Assembly (NCBI RefSeq): GCF_963921235.1
Contig: NC_086109.1
Location: 18,664,001-18,728,000 of the forward strand
Length of the DNA stretch: 64,000 nucleotides
Direction: 5' to 3'
Origin: Mobula hypostoma
Taxonomy: Eukaryota
In this document: in pieces, positions 25,223 through 37,500 of the stretch
Layout of the letters: every line of letters begins with the position of its first letter
Position numbering within the stretch: the stretch's first letter is position 1
Made by a program: the position numbers and the translations under genes
Notes under the pieces: generated by a model
Told to the model about the DNA's origin: nothing
The model's input: only the letters and a program-made list of their open reading frames with translations
Databases searched by the model: none

Positions 25223-25682
25223 TTACAATGACTGGGCTTCCACAGCCACCAGTGGCAATGAATTCCACAGATTCACCACCCTTGGCTAAAGAAATTCCTC
25301 CTCATCTCTGTTCTAAAGGGATGTTGTTCAATTAATGAGGCTGTTTATGTTGGTTCTAGACTCTCCCACTACAGGGACTGTCCTCTCCACATCCACTCTG
25401 TCTAGGCCTTTGTGCTTTGTGTTCCCGCTTATCTCCCTCCAGCAGCTGTGTCCTATCTTCACACTCCCTTCCACCCCCTTTGCTCCATCTGTATATTCTT
25501 CATTTGTCTCCCGTCCTCTGCCACCAATTCTCATTCGCCTGCCAGTCTTCCAGCACCACTCCTGCTCTCTTTCCCTCGTACCACCTGCACCTCACACCAT
25601 CATACACCCCTCCTCAGCCCACCAATCCTTTCATACCACTTGTCCTGTGCTCTTCACACTGGCCATCTCACCTCTCCACTCT

Positions 25683-25720
25683 CAGTCCTGATGTGGGGTT
25701 TCGACCCTAAACGTCGACAG
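25683..25720 (+). ncRNA. Degenerate hammerhead variant in a PLE tail (UUCG-capped stem II)
   Basis: CAGTC-CTGATGT-G-GGGT-TTCG-ACCC-TAAA-C-GTC-GACAG. Core positions A9 and G12 are mutated. Confidence 0.6.
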
Positions 25721-26290
25721 TTTCTTTTCTCCCACATCTGCTGCCTGACCCTCTGAGTTTCCTCCAGCAGATTGCTTTCCGGATTCTGGTGCAAATACAC
25801 TGATGTGATCCACGAAGTGTTAATAGAACATTCTGACATCTCAGTCACTGCCAGTGAATGCTCGTTTCTTCACTGCTTCGCTCCCATCATTTAATGGGGA
25901 GCTGACATACTCTACATTAAAATTGCAAACCGCAGACAGCTTTTGGCCATCTAATCATGACAGATATAACTGTTTTCACTGAATTTCATTGTGTTCAACA
26001 AGAAAACAGGATCTGTGGAAGATAAAATACATTAATTCTCTATTTATCTCAGTAATTCAAGATTCACAATTCAAAAACGTTTGTTGTCATTCTTCAGTAC
26101 GAGGGTAAAGGAGAACAAAATTCTTCTTACTTCGAATCCCATACTGCATACAAATCACATTAAATATAAATATAAAATCAATCCTATAAAATGTAGTGTG
26201 CGAGTAACTGCTGAGTGTGGCTGGATATCCATAAGACTTGCTTATGCACAGAGATTGATCGAATGTACATAAAGTGACGCTAGGTGTAGG

Positions 26291-26604
26291 TGTTATGATA
26301 CGTGCCAAACCGCATCAGCTTCTGGGGTTTATGTGCTCTCACTCTCCGGAATGTGGATAGTTGGCACAGCCCCTTTAAGGAGTCAGGGCCGTCTTGCTAA
26401 TTGGCTATGTTTTGGCATCAGGATTCAATATTTAAGGAGGACCTGAATGGGGTTTCAGTGCTCAGTCATCAGTTCTACTTGGATTATCATCTAGTGTCTA
26501 GCTTAGTATTCTGTTCTCGTTTCAGTCTCGCATCGTGTCCCGACTTCAGCCTCAGATACCCCAGCACTTAGGTCCAATCATCCTTGTCTAGGGCTCACAT
26601 CACA
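26291..26604 (+). mobile_element. Probable short solo LTR
   Basis: TGTTATGA...ACATCACA termini, flanks GTAGG/TTAGG, internal TATTTAA. Confidence 0.5.
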
Positions 26605-27013
26605 TTAGGAGTATTTGTACATAAGGTGACTCTGACAGGAAAGTGACTCTTGGCAGGAAGAACCCTTCTAAGTAACAGCAGGGCCTATGAAAACGCAGTA
26701 GGACAGTGACTGTGCCAGTGTCTGTACGAGGTGTGGAGTGTAAGCTTAAAGTGGCAGCGCATGGGGTGATGAAGGATGTAAATTCTACACACAAGACCTT
26801 TAACAGGTGCTCACAGACTATGATGTTGTCACGGCAACTACAGCTGGAGAACAAGAGACAACCCCAAAGGCCATTCAGTTGGGTTGGACAAGTATGGGAC
26901 TGATGGGAGTGAGAGGTATGTGTGGAGAGAAGGAATACATAAAAATCCGGGGAAAATAAAGGCAATGAAGTATCTTCCCTAGCAATTCTCCAACTAGTAC
27001 ACCTCCACTATAA

Positions 27014-27459
27014 GTCATCGTCGTCGTCATCGTGGCTATCCCTCGGGGTCAAGGATGATGGTCTTCATTCTGAAGAAGTGGCCCACAGAGTGAAGACACC
27101 GATGCGTGTATTTGTTTAACGTGTACTTGATGTTGCACTCCAAGAAGCATGTGATACCTCTCAAATCAACCAACTGATTCCAATGGCATGGAAACCATGA
27201 CGATTAAAGCTGATGCATTTGTTGTGGCCTTCATCTGCCTTCACAGCCATTGAGTTCAAAGTAACTTCATCCGCCTGTTCCACCGTTGAGGTCTTGGTTG
27301 GATTGTCACCTTGTCGTGGTGGAGAAGCTTGTGTGGTCCTGTGATCCCGAGAGCGATGCCGTCTGGAGCTATGCCCCTGGTAGGGTCACCCATGGCGGTA
27401 ACGTCGAGGGTGAGGTCCCTGACAAAGAACAATCCAACAAAGACCTCAACAAAGAACAA
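27014..27459 (-). mobile_element. Non-autonomous RTE (Expander/Rex3-like 5' UTR plus 3' tail) with inverted 5' part
   Basis: (GAC/GAT)n tail at the left, RTE 5' UTR-like CACCTTGTCGTGGTGG..ATGCCCCTGGTAGGGTCACCCATGGC on the opposite strand, 10-bp TSD TCCACTATAA. Confidence 0.8.
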
Positions 27460-28189
27460 TCCACTATAAAATTTGCTCTGGGGATGGGCATCCTTGAAGT
27501 GAATGGTGAGATAAAATGGGAACGGTGGCCAGGATGGGAAAGATTTGTTAACAGAGACAGTGTGGGCCTTGTGACGTTCTGTGCACCAAATGCAAACAGC
27601 ACATAGAAATGTAGACTGTCAAAGAAGATAAGTACTTTTATTCAGTTTTGATAAATGACATTCTCTTCTGTTGATGTGTCTGTTTTTTTTTTGTTTTTGT
27701 GCTCTCTAAAGGCTAGGGTGGGTCATAGAAATTTCAGTTACTCATGGAAAATGGTAGACAGCTTTGTATTAAGGTTATGAGCCTGTAACTTCCATCCCAC
27801 TCCTATTCTGACCTACGTGTCCATGGCCTCCTACTTTGTTATTACAAGGCCCGATGTGAATTTGACCTTGTCTTCAATCTGCGCATGTTGCAGGCTTTCA
27901 AACTCAGTATTTTATTATACACTTTAAGTCATTCTCTTCCTCTGCCCAGATGAGAGCTAGCTATTTCTGCTGTAATTTACCCATCTGTGCTTGTGACTCA
28001 GTTTTTCTCCCGCTCTCTGTTACCATAGTCTGACCTGCCAGGCTTGCTTTACAGCTCTGTATATCTCAACTCTTACCTTCCTTTGCCTTCTCAAGCTCCA
28101 TCTACCACAATTCATAGCTTTAATTCATAATTTCTCTCACTATCTCTATTTCCATTTGTACTATCTCTATTATTCCCTTTCAGGGTTCT

Positions 28190-28895
28190 TTTGAAGACCC
28201 TGACCTGGAGTTACACCCTGACTACGGTTCTTTGCAGGAATGGGACCCGCTCTCGGGGTTTCACGACTGGCTGTTGTTTGTCACACTAAGGGCATGGCCT
28301 ACGAGCTCAGTTCACCTTCGGAGGGCCGCGATCTCGTGGCTCTGGAGAGAGGTGGACCAAAGGTCGGTGTTCCGGGCAGGAGATCGGTAGGTTGTGGGAG
28401 ATGGAAGATCTAAGGCTGCGTGCCCAGAGACCCGAGATCTTTGGGAACAGAGCTCAGAGAAAGTGATGCAACGGACCTTTAACATCGTAAACCAGTGAGT
28501 TGTTTGTTATTTCTTTCCTCTGGCTGTGAAATGGAGACACCTCTTTTTCATTTATTAGGGCGAGAGAGAGCCTGTGGTTTGTCAAATGCGGGATGAACAT
28601 GTAATCTTTGGGGTACTGCAAGTCTGTGTTCTTGCTGTTGCTTTGCTCATGTTTGAGTGCTAGGTGGTGGGTGCCAATGCTTTTTTTGCTGGTGGGGGAG
28701 GGGGGATTGTTGTTTGCTGCTGCTTACACGCGAGAGGGAAGGGAGCTGGGGGGGGACTTTGGGGTTTGAACATTTAGCTGTCATTCATTCTATGGGGACA
28801 CTTTGCTTTCATGGATGATTGTGAAGAAAAAGCATTTCAGGATGTATATTGTATACATTTCTGTGACATTAAATGTACCTTTGAAACCTTTGAAT
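28190..28895 (+). mobile_element. Non-autonomous retroposon with Rex-type tail
   Basis: Ends TTTCAGGATGTATATTGTATACATT..ATTAAA..(CCTTTGAAA)n. Similar 3' end at about 48830-49140. Confidence 0.6.
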
Positions 28896-29614
28896 GATCT
28901 GCCTCCATTCATCCTTCAACCGGATGACCTCTATAGCTCATCCCCATAGTGATGCAGTCATCCAATCAGAAATATTTTCTTTGTCCTGCCTATCCTTTCC
29001 CACCTTCTCTACAACTTGATCCCAGCTTGTTTTCTTTCCTTCCCAGTTCTGACAAAGGTTCTTCAACCTGAAATGTTCACTCTGCTTTTCCTTTCCACAG
29101 ACTTTGTCTGACCTTCTGAGTGTTTCCACCATTTTCTGCTTTCATTTCAGAGGTCCTGCGCCTCTGTTTTTTAATGAATGTGAAAATTCCCCCCAGAATC
29201 TTCACATTAGGCTGTTTCAGTTCTGGAAAAATAACCCCTTAAGACCAGTGAATTAATTTAATTGATTGTACTGCTATCTCTGGGAAAGTTGCTTTTCTTG
29301 TGGTAAAAGATCAAAAGGGCATGAGAGAGAGAGATTAAACTGAGTTACTGGCATAATCACTGGTGTGTTATTCAGAGAGATAATGTTTAATGTTAGATTT
29401 TTAGAGCTGGCTTCAGAATTTGCGGGGGTTTAATGGTATACACTAAGTTTAATGCTTCCTCTGAGGTTGTTTGCTCTGTAATTTGGATCGACTTCCTAAG
29501 GGTTACAACATCTGAGCCAACTGGGGAGCGATTACATTGGCATGGGGGATAGTAGTCATAGATAGTAAAAACAACAGAGAAGGGGGACGTTTCGTCCATC
29601 ATGTATTTACAGCA

Positions 29615-29833
29615 ACACACACAAAATGTTGGGGGAACTCAGCAGGCCAGGCAGCATCTTTGGTGGTGGGGAATAATGAGTCGATGATTGGGACTGAGAC
29701 CCTCCATCAGGACTGGAAAGGAAGAAGCCAGAATAAAAAGGTGAGGAAACGGGAAGGAGTATCATATTGTTCCCTTCTCAACATTTTGTGTGTGTTGCAC
29801 TGGATTTCCAGCATCTGCAGAATCTCTTGTGTT
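29615..29833. mobile_element. PLE-tail fold-back mini-element
   Basis: ACACACACAAAATGTTG / CAACATTTTGTGTGTGT arms, hammerhead remnant at 29678-29715 (-), duplicated flank TTTACAGCAACACA/TTTGCAGCAACTCA. Confidence 0.7.
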
Positions 29834-30194
29834 TTTGCAGCAACTCAACATGGATGGCACAGTGGCTCAGCAGTTTAGTACTGCTGCCTCACGGCTCTGG
29901 GAAGCCAGCCTTGTTCCTGACCTCTGGCGCTGTCTGCGTGGAATTTATGCTTTCATCTCCTGGCTGTGTAGGGGCATTGTATTAGTCCCTTGTGCCAAAG
30001 GCGTATTGGGAGAGTAGAGATTGCAGATGCTGGAATCTGGAGTAAAAATGAAACTGCTGGAAGAACTCGGCAGATCAAGCAGCAGCTGTGCAAAGAAATG
30101 GACAGTCAAGCTCCTGGTGGAGACCCTTCATCTAGTAGATTAACTAGGTACTGAAAATGATCCCCGTGCAAATGGAGGGAGATGGGGGGGTGGG

Positions 30195-30280
30195 TGGGGA
30201 GAGAGAGAGGGAGAAAGGGGGGGGGAGAGAGAGAGAGCAAGAGAGAGAGGGGGGCGGGGGGGAGAGAGAGAGAGAGAGAG
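30195..30280. repeat. GA/G-rich simple repeat
   Basis: Direct reading. A similar tract lies at 61728-61820. Confidence 0.9.
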
Positions 30281-32042
30281 ATCACACCAACCCAGGAACC
30301 ATGATTAACTCTAACCTAAACCTGGAGGAAACCAGAGCACCTGGGGAAATCCCTTGCATTCCACAGGGAGTACATACAGAAACGCCTTACTGAATTGTCA
30401 TTAGAATTGAACTCTGAATTCTGGAATGCTCCAAGCTGTAGTAGCATCCCACTAACCGATCAGCATGACTCCTGTTACAGGAAAATAGGAAGACGAGGAA
30501 ATGGACTCATAAGGTTTACTCTGCTAAGAGCTAGCATGGACTTGATGGGCCAAACAGGCTCCTTCTGGGTTATCATGTTCAAGGATGAGCACTATTTGTG
30601 CCATAACCTACAAACCTATGGACTGAGAGAGGGATGGTGAATGGGATTAATTGGGAAGATCCAGTTTTAGTCAAGAAGGATAGGATGGAGCAAATAGCCT
30701 CTATTTGTCCTGTAAATTACCTTTGTTGTTTGAAGATGAAATCAATAGGATTCAGGCTAGGTGTGTGATGGAGAATTAAGGTGGCAGGTTCCTGGCATTT
30801 CAGGATCATGTTGCAGATTGAATAATTTCAACACTGCAAATGTCTAATCTGTGTTCGGGAGTCTCTCCACTAGATAGTGAGAGTAAATACAACATACCCG
30901 ATGGAAATACGTTTGTAAGTCACTGTTTAACATGGTTGAAGGTATTCAATGCCTGAACAGAAGGAACGCAGGAGGTTAAAGAGCAACTATTGCTTCTGTT
31001 GATATGTGATCTGTTTTGCAAGTCTGGGAAAATAGCAGGAACTGGGGATGTGCTGGCAAAATATCTGTTATTAGGAAAGAGTGTCACTCAGAATGAACTC
31101 TTCTTAATAAAATTAATCTTGCAAGCAGTTCCCACAACTCAAGACTGGGCAAATATTTAAACTTACTTTCTTCAAACAAGCAGAAACTTGAATTGTGATG
31201 CAGCATATCTTTGTGCTTGGAGAGATGAGAGAAAAGGAATGAAAATATAGAGGAAAGTCACAGGAAGAGAAGCAGAGGAAAAATTCGTGATGGCTCTAGT
31301 GCTGTTTTACATTTAAGGGGATTAGCTGCTGTTGCTTTGTTTTGGTGCATTGTTTCCAAAACTTCTCTTTAAGGGAATGGGTATAACCGACTGCTGATAA
31401 TCTCAATTGGGTGGCACATAGCCTAATGGTTACCACAACGCTGAACAGTACCAGTGACCCAGGATCAATTCCTGCCGCAGTTAGTAAGGAGTTTGAATGT
31501 CCTCGTGACCATGTGGGTTTCCTCTGGGTCCTCCAGTTTCCTCCCACAGTCCAGAGACAGACCACCTTGGTCATTGTAAATTGTCCCATGATTAGGCTAG
31601 GGTTAAATTTGGGGTTGCTGGGCAGCGAGGCTCGAAGAGATGGACGGGCCGATTCTGCACTGTATCTTAATAAATAAGTAAATGAAATTGAGCTCAGTGC
31701 CAGTAACCAAGAACAAATTCCTTTCTCGAGGATTGCTGAGGCAGAGGCAGAGATTGTGACTGTGAGAAACGAAGAATCGGGATAGCAGGAAAAGAATGAG
31801 ACAGACAGAGACAGAAAGAGACTGAGGCAGATGCAAACATTGAGTTAAGTGCAGGCAAAAAGAGATAGTGAGTTGTGAATCCAGAGGGGAGGAACCAAAT
31901 CAACCAGTTCAGGTCTAATATCTCCAAAGCACCAAAAGAGCCAATGAAATATGTTTGAAGTGTAATCAAATCTTGAAAATGATATGTGAGATCATGAGAA
32001 GATTATCTGTTTTTTTTACTGTAGTTTGGTTAAGAGATTTGT

Positions 32043-32706
32043 ACACAATGGCCACTTTATTAGGTACTGGACTGTATGTTCATGGCCTTCTGCTGCTGTA
32101 GCCCATCCACTTCAAGGTTCAACATGTTGTCCGATTAGAGACGCAAATACGAGGAATTCTGCCGGAATTCTGCAGATGCTGGAAATTCAAGCAACACACA
32201 TTAAAGTTGCTGGTGAAAGCAACTGCCTGGCCTGCTGTATTCACCAGCAACTTTGATGTGTGTTGTGCGATTAGAGATGTTCTTCTGCACACCACTGTTG
32301 TAATGCGTGGTTATTTGAGCAACTGTCACCTTTCTGTCAGCCTGAACCAGTCTGGCCATTCTCCTCTGACCTGTCTCATTAACAGGGCATTTTCACTCAC
32401 AAAACTGCCTCTCACTCCATACCTCTTGGCTTTTCACAGCATTTTCTGTATATTCTGGAGACTATTGTGCATGAAAATATCAAGAGACTCAAGCCACCCT
32501 GTCTGTTACCAACAATCATCCCACGGTCAAAGTTATTTAGATCACATTTCTTCCCCATTCTGATGTTTGGTCTGAACAACAACCAAACCTCTTGACCATG
32601 TCTGCATGCTCTTATGCATTGAGTTTCTGCCACATAATTGGCTGATTAGATATTTGCATTAACGAGCAGGCATACAAGTGTACCTAATAAACTGTCAACT
32701 GAGTGG
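32043..32706. mobile_element. Tc1-like non-autonomous DNA transposon
   Basis: TIRs TGGCCACTTTATTAGGTAC / GTACCTAATAAACTGTCA..GAGTG. Transposase N-terminal relic MGKKCDLNNFDRGMIVG on the minus strand. Confidence 0.85.
32144..32260. mobile_element. PLE-tail fold-back mini-element nested in the Tc1 element
   Basis: Arms AAAGTTGCTGGTGAA / TTCACCAGCAACTTT, 19-bp TSD TGTTGTCCGATTAGAGACG / TGTTGTGCGATTAGAGATG. Confidence 0.8.
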
Positions 32707-33505
32707 ATATTACCAGTACTCCATGGGATCTGCGTTGGCTGTTGTCTTTAAAGTTTACTTTTACAACATGGGAGCCTCAATATTCACAACATGAGGTCGA
32801 ACATTATTGCTTGTCCCCAGTTTCCCCTTCCTAACTCCTTCATTATATGAAGTGAGGGACCTTCTCCCAGTATTATCATTACTATCAGTACTTAGCATTA
32901 CCAAGGAACCCACCCATCAGTCCAGCATCTGCTTTGACTTTCAACCATCAGATTGAAAATTCTGATACAAAAAGACAAGAATGGTCAGGAAAAGAAACAG
33001 TCCCTTCTCTCTTTCCCTCAGGCCATTAGGTTTCTAAACTTCTTGCCGCACAGAATTCAAAGTGTCACCGGTTAATTTCCTCTATACCCTACAATATCTA
33101 ATTTCTGCACTTTACTTGCTTATTTAAGCATAATTTATTTGTAGATTTTATTTTTACTTTCATAAGTTGTTCTGTGTAGTACTGTGCTTTACACCCTGGC
33201 CCAGAGAAATGTTGTCTCGTTTGACGGTGTACGGTACATGTATCTGGTTAAATGGCAATAAACTCGAATTGACTTGTCTATGTTTGAATAGGAGTTTTCT
33301 GGATCATAACTCAGTGGTGATGAAGGAATACTCGTTACACATCTGTTGTAGTGGCACGTGATTTATCAGATATATAGGAGGGTATAATGTTACCTCGATC
33401 AGAATACCTCCGGCATATGTCAAAAAATTTGCTGTCTTTGTGACAGCAGTACAATGCAATGCTTAATAATAGAGGAAAAAAACCTGTGAATCACAGTAAG
33501 TATAT

Positions 33506-33726
33506 TGGCTGCCGATGGTGTAATGGCACCAGCACTGGACTTCGAGCTGGATGGTCCCGAGTTCGAATCTGGCCAGGGCCCAACCAGGGCAGCAGCAGTA
33601 TCGGCGCGGAAGGAAGGCCTGGCAATCTGCTTCCTTATCTCTCACCTTGCCACGAAAACAACTACACAATCTCACAATCTATAGGGTCAACACATGCCAT
33701 CAACTTGACAGCACTCAACAACAACA
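33506..33726 (+). mobile_element. tRNA-derived SINE with RTE/BovB-type (CAA)n tail
   Basis: A box TGGTGTAATGG, B box GAGTTCGAATC, 3' ACTTGACAGCACTCAACAACAACA. Confidence 0.8.
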
Positions 33727-35051
33727 TATATATGTAAATAATAGTTAAATTAAATAAGTAGTATAAAAATAAAATTAAAAAAAAGTAGTGAGGTAGTGTT
33801 CATTGATTCAATGTCCATTCTGAAATCTGATGGCAGGCAGGGATGAAGCTGTTCCTGAATCATTGAGTGTGTTCTTTCAGACTTCTGTACCTCCTCTTTG
33901 ATGGTAGCATTGAGAACAGGGTGATGGGGGTCCTTAATGATGGATGCTGTCTTCTCCATCTGATCATGTTTGAGAGGTGCCACCAACCAGTCTTGCTGAA
34001 TTTCTACATTGGATTCTGCATGTAGGTCACATTGTACTTTCTCCACTGCTGTTGGTGCTGGTGAATAGTTAAAAAAAAGCATGTGCAAAGTGAAGGAAGC
34101 ATTTTAGCCCCTCAAGCTTCTCGCACTATTTAATTAGATAACGACTGATTAATATCCACTTTATTTATTCATTATTCCTCCATAACTTTTCTCTGCAATT
34201 AATCAAATAAAAAACAATTCACTTCAAAGCAGAATATTTTAATTCAACCCAGAACTGAAAAAAAAAACACAGTTTGATCGCCTTCGTCATGGTATGGTGG
34301 AGGAAACCCGTTTCATATTTCCACCGCTCTTTTTGGAAAGTAATCTGCAAGCTAAAAGATCTTGCATCATTTACCATCTTTGTTCTGCAGTTCCCTAGGA
34401 TACCTTGTATAAATATTCCTGCATTTGACAGCTCCTCTCTCACAAGATGGCATCGCTGATTGAATGATGCCCATTAAGTTTGACACCCTTCCTAAGTGAT
34501 GAAATGCTCCTGACACACGCTTCGCATGGTCTGCACAAGAGGAGAGAAGTTGTGCTCTGTAGACTGCCCTTATGATATCAACTGTTTTATCCTCAATTGC
34601 CAACCTGCTCTTCCAGAAAATCAGATGAACTTTCATTTGCATTTGGCACACATAATTTCCCAGTCCCTCTCAGATGCTGCTAAAAATAGATGTGTGATAA
34701 AAATTGCTTTCCCCGTTCAATTTTGCATTAGTGTCTGCAGCTGTCTGTGTTTTATATATATATATATATACACACACACATTTTGTATATATGTATATAC
34801 ATACACACACATAGTATATTAGGTCAGCACAGTGGCTAGCAGACACAGAGCCAGTAGAGTTCAAATTCCACCACTTTCTGTGAGGAGTTTGTACGTTTCC
34901 TACATGACTGTGTAGGTTCCCTCCTGGTGCTCCGGTTTCTTCCCATGTTCCAAAGGTGTACGGGTTAGGAAGTTGTGGACATGCTATATTCGCACCAGAA
35001 GCAAGGCGGTCCCCTGCACATCCTTTTACTCTGTTGGTCTTTGATGCAGAT

Positions 35052-35614
35052 GATGGCCACACATTTTAATTCCTCATCCCATTCCCATTCTGACATGTCT
35101 ATCCATGGCCTCCTCTACTGTAAAGATGAAGCCACACTCAGGTTGGAGGAACAACACCTTATATTCCGTCTGGGTAGCCTCCAACCTGATGGCATGAACA
35201 TCGACTTATCTAACTTCCGCTAAAGCCCCACCTCCCCCTCGTACCCCATCCGTTATTTATTTTTATACACACGTTCTTTCTCTCACTCTCCTTTTTCTCC
35301 CTCTGTCCCTCTGACTATACCCCTTGCCCATCCTCTGGGTCCCCCCCCCTTTTCTTTCTCCCTAGGCCTCCTGTCCCATGATCCTCTCGTATCCCTTTTG
35401 CCAATCAACTGTCCAGCTCTTGGCTCCATCCCTCCCCCTCCTGTCTTCTCCTATCATTTTGGATCTCCCCCTCCCCCTCCCACTTTCAAATCTCTTACTC
35501 ACTCTTCCTTCAGTTAGTCCTGACGAAGGGTCTCGGCCTGAAACGTCGACTGTACCTCTTCCTAGAGATGCTGCCTGGCCTGCTGCGTTCACCAGCAACT
35601 TTGATGTGTGTTGC
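35052..35614 (+). mobile_element. Young PLE 3' fragment (GIY-YIG end plus tail) inserted in a SINE
   Basis: ATHFNSSSHSHSDMSIHGLLYC..RLEEQHLIFRLGSLQPDGMN. Closely similar to 49281-49720. Confidence 0.9.
35515..35552 (+). ncRNA. Minimal type-I hammerhead ribozyme, intact core, predicted cleavage after 35547
   Basis: Stem I TAGTC/GACTG, CTGACGA, extra A, stem II GGGT-CTCG-GCCT, GAAA, palindromic ACGT in place of stem III, GTC triplet. Confidence 0.85.
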
Positions 35615-35854
35615 TGCCTTTCACTGTTTATTTTTATGTCCACGTGACAAATAAAACTAATCTAGTCCTTTCTGTGTATCCTATCCGTCTGAGTAGGCCC
35701 ATGCTACCGATGCTGTTCTGCTGGTCACAATCTTCCCCTCACTCGTCCTCCTTCAGCAGAGACGGAACAATGGCTGTTAGCTGAAGTGTAGGCTACTGCC
35801 AAATGTTAGTACAGCTCTGGGTGTGCACCTGTGGGTCCTTAGGCCAGGTTTATT

Positions 35855-36172
35855 CCCAGAGACCTGCCACGTGGCAGAGGGTGCAGGCCCATGTGGCTGC
35901 CCATAGCTTTGCTTCAAGGACTTCTGCAAAAAGGACCTGATGCTGGCCAACATCAATGCGAATAGCTGGGAAGACGTTGCAGACGACCGGGCCGCCTGGA
36001 GTCTTGCAGCTCGAAAAGGTGTGCAAAGAGCAGGAAATACCCGCATAAATGAGCTGGCTGCCAGGCGATCTCAACGGGAGGAGAGAGCCACTCCAACCAG
36101 GTGCCCATCTCCATTCATCTGCAGCCAGTGTGGAAGAGACTGTCACTCCAGAGTGGGACTCCTCAGCCACTA
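35855..36172 (+). mobile_element. RTE-clade LINE 3' fragment with C2H2 finger
   Basis: SWEDVADDRAAW..FICSQCGRDCHSRVGLLSH. Confidence 0.85.
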
Positions 36173-36442
36173 CTTTTTTTCTGTGTTACCCACCGTCTTT
36201 CGAGGTAGTGGATGCCACAAACATTCCAAAATGCCTTGAAGAATGGTTACTTCTATAATTGCAGAGAAGACCATTTGAATCTGGGGAATTCCCAGGTGTG
36301 TTCACCAGAGTAGTGAAGTGGCAAAAACAGATGTTTGAAAACCTGGATTTGTTCTGATTGATGGACGTCACGTTCCAAATGGAATAGTCCATTCTTTTGC
36401 TGTCTGTGCCTCAGCAGTTGGTGCTGACATGTTAGACCTGCG

Positions 36443-36650
36443 TAAGTTTTTTATGCAGAGTGGTGGGTGCGTGGAATGGGCTGCCTGCGACGGTGGTAGA
36501 GGCAGATACGATAGGATCTTTTAAGAGACTCCTGGATAGGTACATGGAGCTTACAAACATAGTGGTAATTTCTAAGGTAAGGACATGTTCGGCAAAGCTT
36601 TGTGGGCCGAAGGGCCTGTATTGTGCTGCAGGTTTTCTGTGTTTCTATGT
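36443..36650 (+). mobile_element. CR1 3' fragment
   Basis: VGAWNGLPATVVEADTIGSFKRLLDRYM plus tail. Confidence 0.9.
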
Positions 36651-36668
36651 TTGCTGGAGGTTACATGT

Positions 36669-37500
36669 TTCAAAGGTTCAAATAGATTTATTATCAAAGT
36701 ATGTATGCAGTATACAACCCTGAGATTTGTCTTCCCACAGACAGCCACGAAACAAAGAAAACCATTCAAAGAAAAACATCAAACCCCCAATGTACAAAAA
36801 GAACAAATCTCGCAAAATGGCAAAAAAAAAATGCAAGTGAGAAGCACAGAATATGCAACACCAAACCATACAAAACATGAAACAGTCCGGTCATACTCAG
36901 TTCAGTGCAACTTAGCGCTGCGTCCTTTGTTAACTTCAGGCCACAGAGCCAGTATGCCCCGATCAAAATTGCACCAAATCGCAACAAAATAGCAAGCAGA
37001 AACACATCATAACATAAACTACAGAGTCCAGTCCACAAACCGCATTGATTAAACCTTGCCCAAGACCCAGGACTCTGTCGCTATCCTCCAGCAGCATCGA
37101 GAGAGAGAGACACTTCAAACGCAGGGACCTTCCACTGGGAAGAGCGGACGAGAGGGAGACTGATACTTGCAGACACCTTTCTTTCGGCAGCAGAGTTTGA
37201 GAGGGAATTGGAGACTGGTCACCTGCAGGTAAACAGCGCTCAACACCCGCCGCTCTTGCCCTCGATGATTTCAGTCTTCCACGATGCTTGAATTAGTGAG
37301 CTCAGCGAGAAATGGATTCGATCATGGGCTTGCACGCCCTCTCCAGGCTTCTTGGCCTCTAGGGCCATACACTTTGTTCGCAACCTCACCGAGCCCCCTT
37401 GGAGACAGCAAAGCGCCAGATTGCTCAATAGGCCCGAAAACACACCACCAAAATGTCACCGTACGAAGGAAGTTACCGTTGTTCGCCGGCACCATCTTCC
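36669..37500 (-). mobile_element. Non-autonomous retroposon with Rex-type tail and GC-rich head
   Basis: Second copy at 22262-22775. The 5' end reads GGGGGAAGATGGTGCCGGCG on the minus strand. Confidence 0.7.

Noticed and set aside
34367..34651. 94-aa ORF with faint RTE-like flavour
   Set aside because: Too decayed to assign, and not supportable as a gene.
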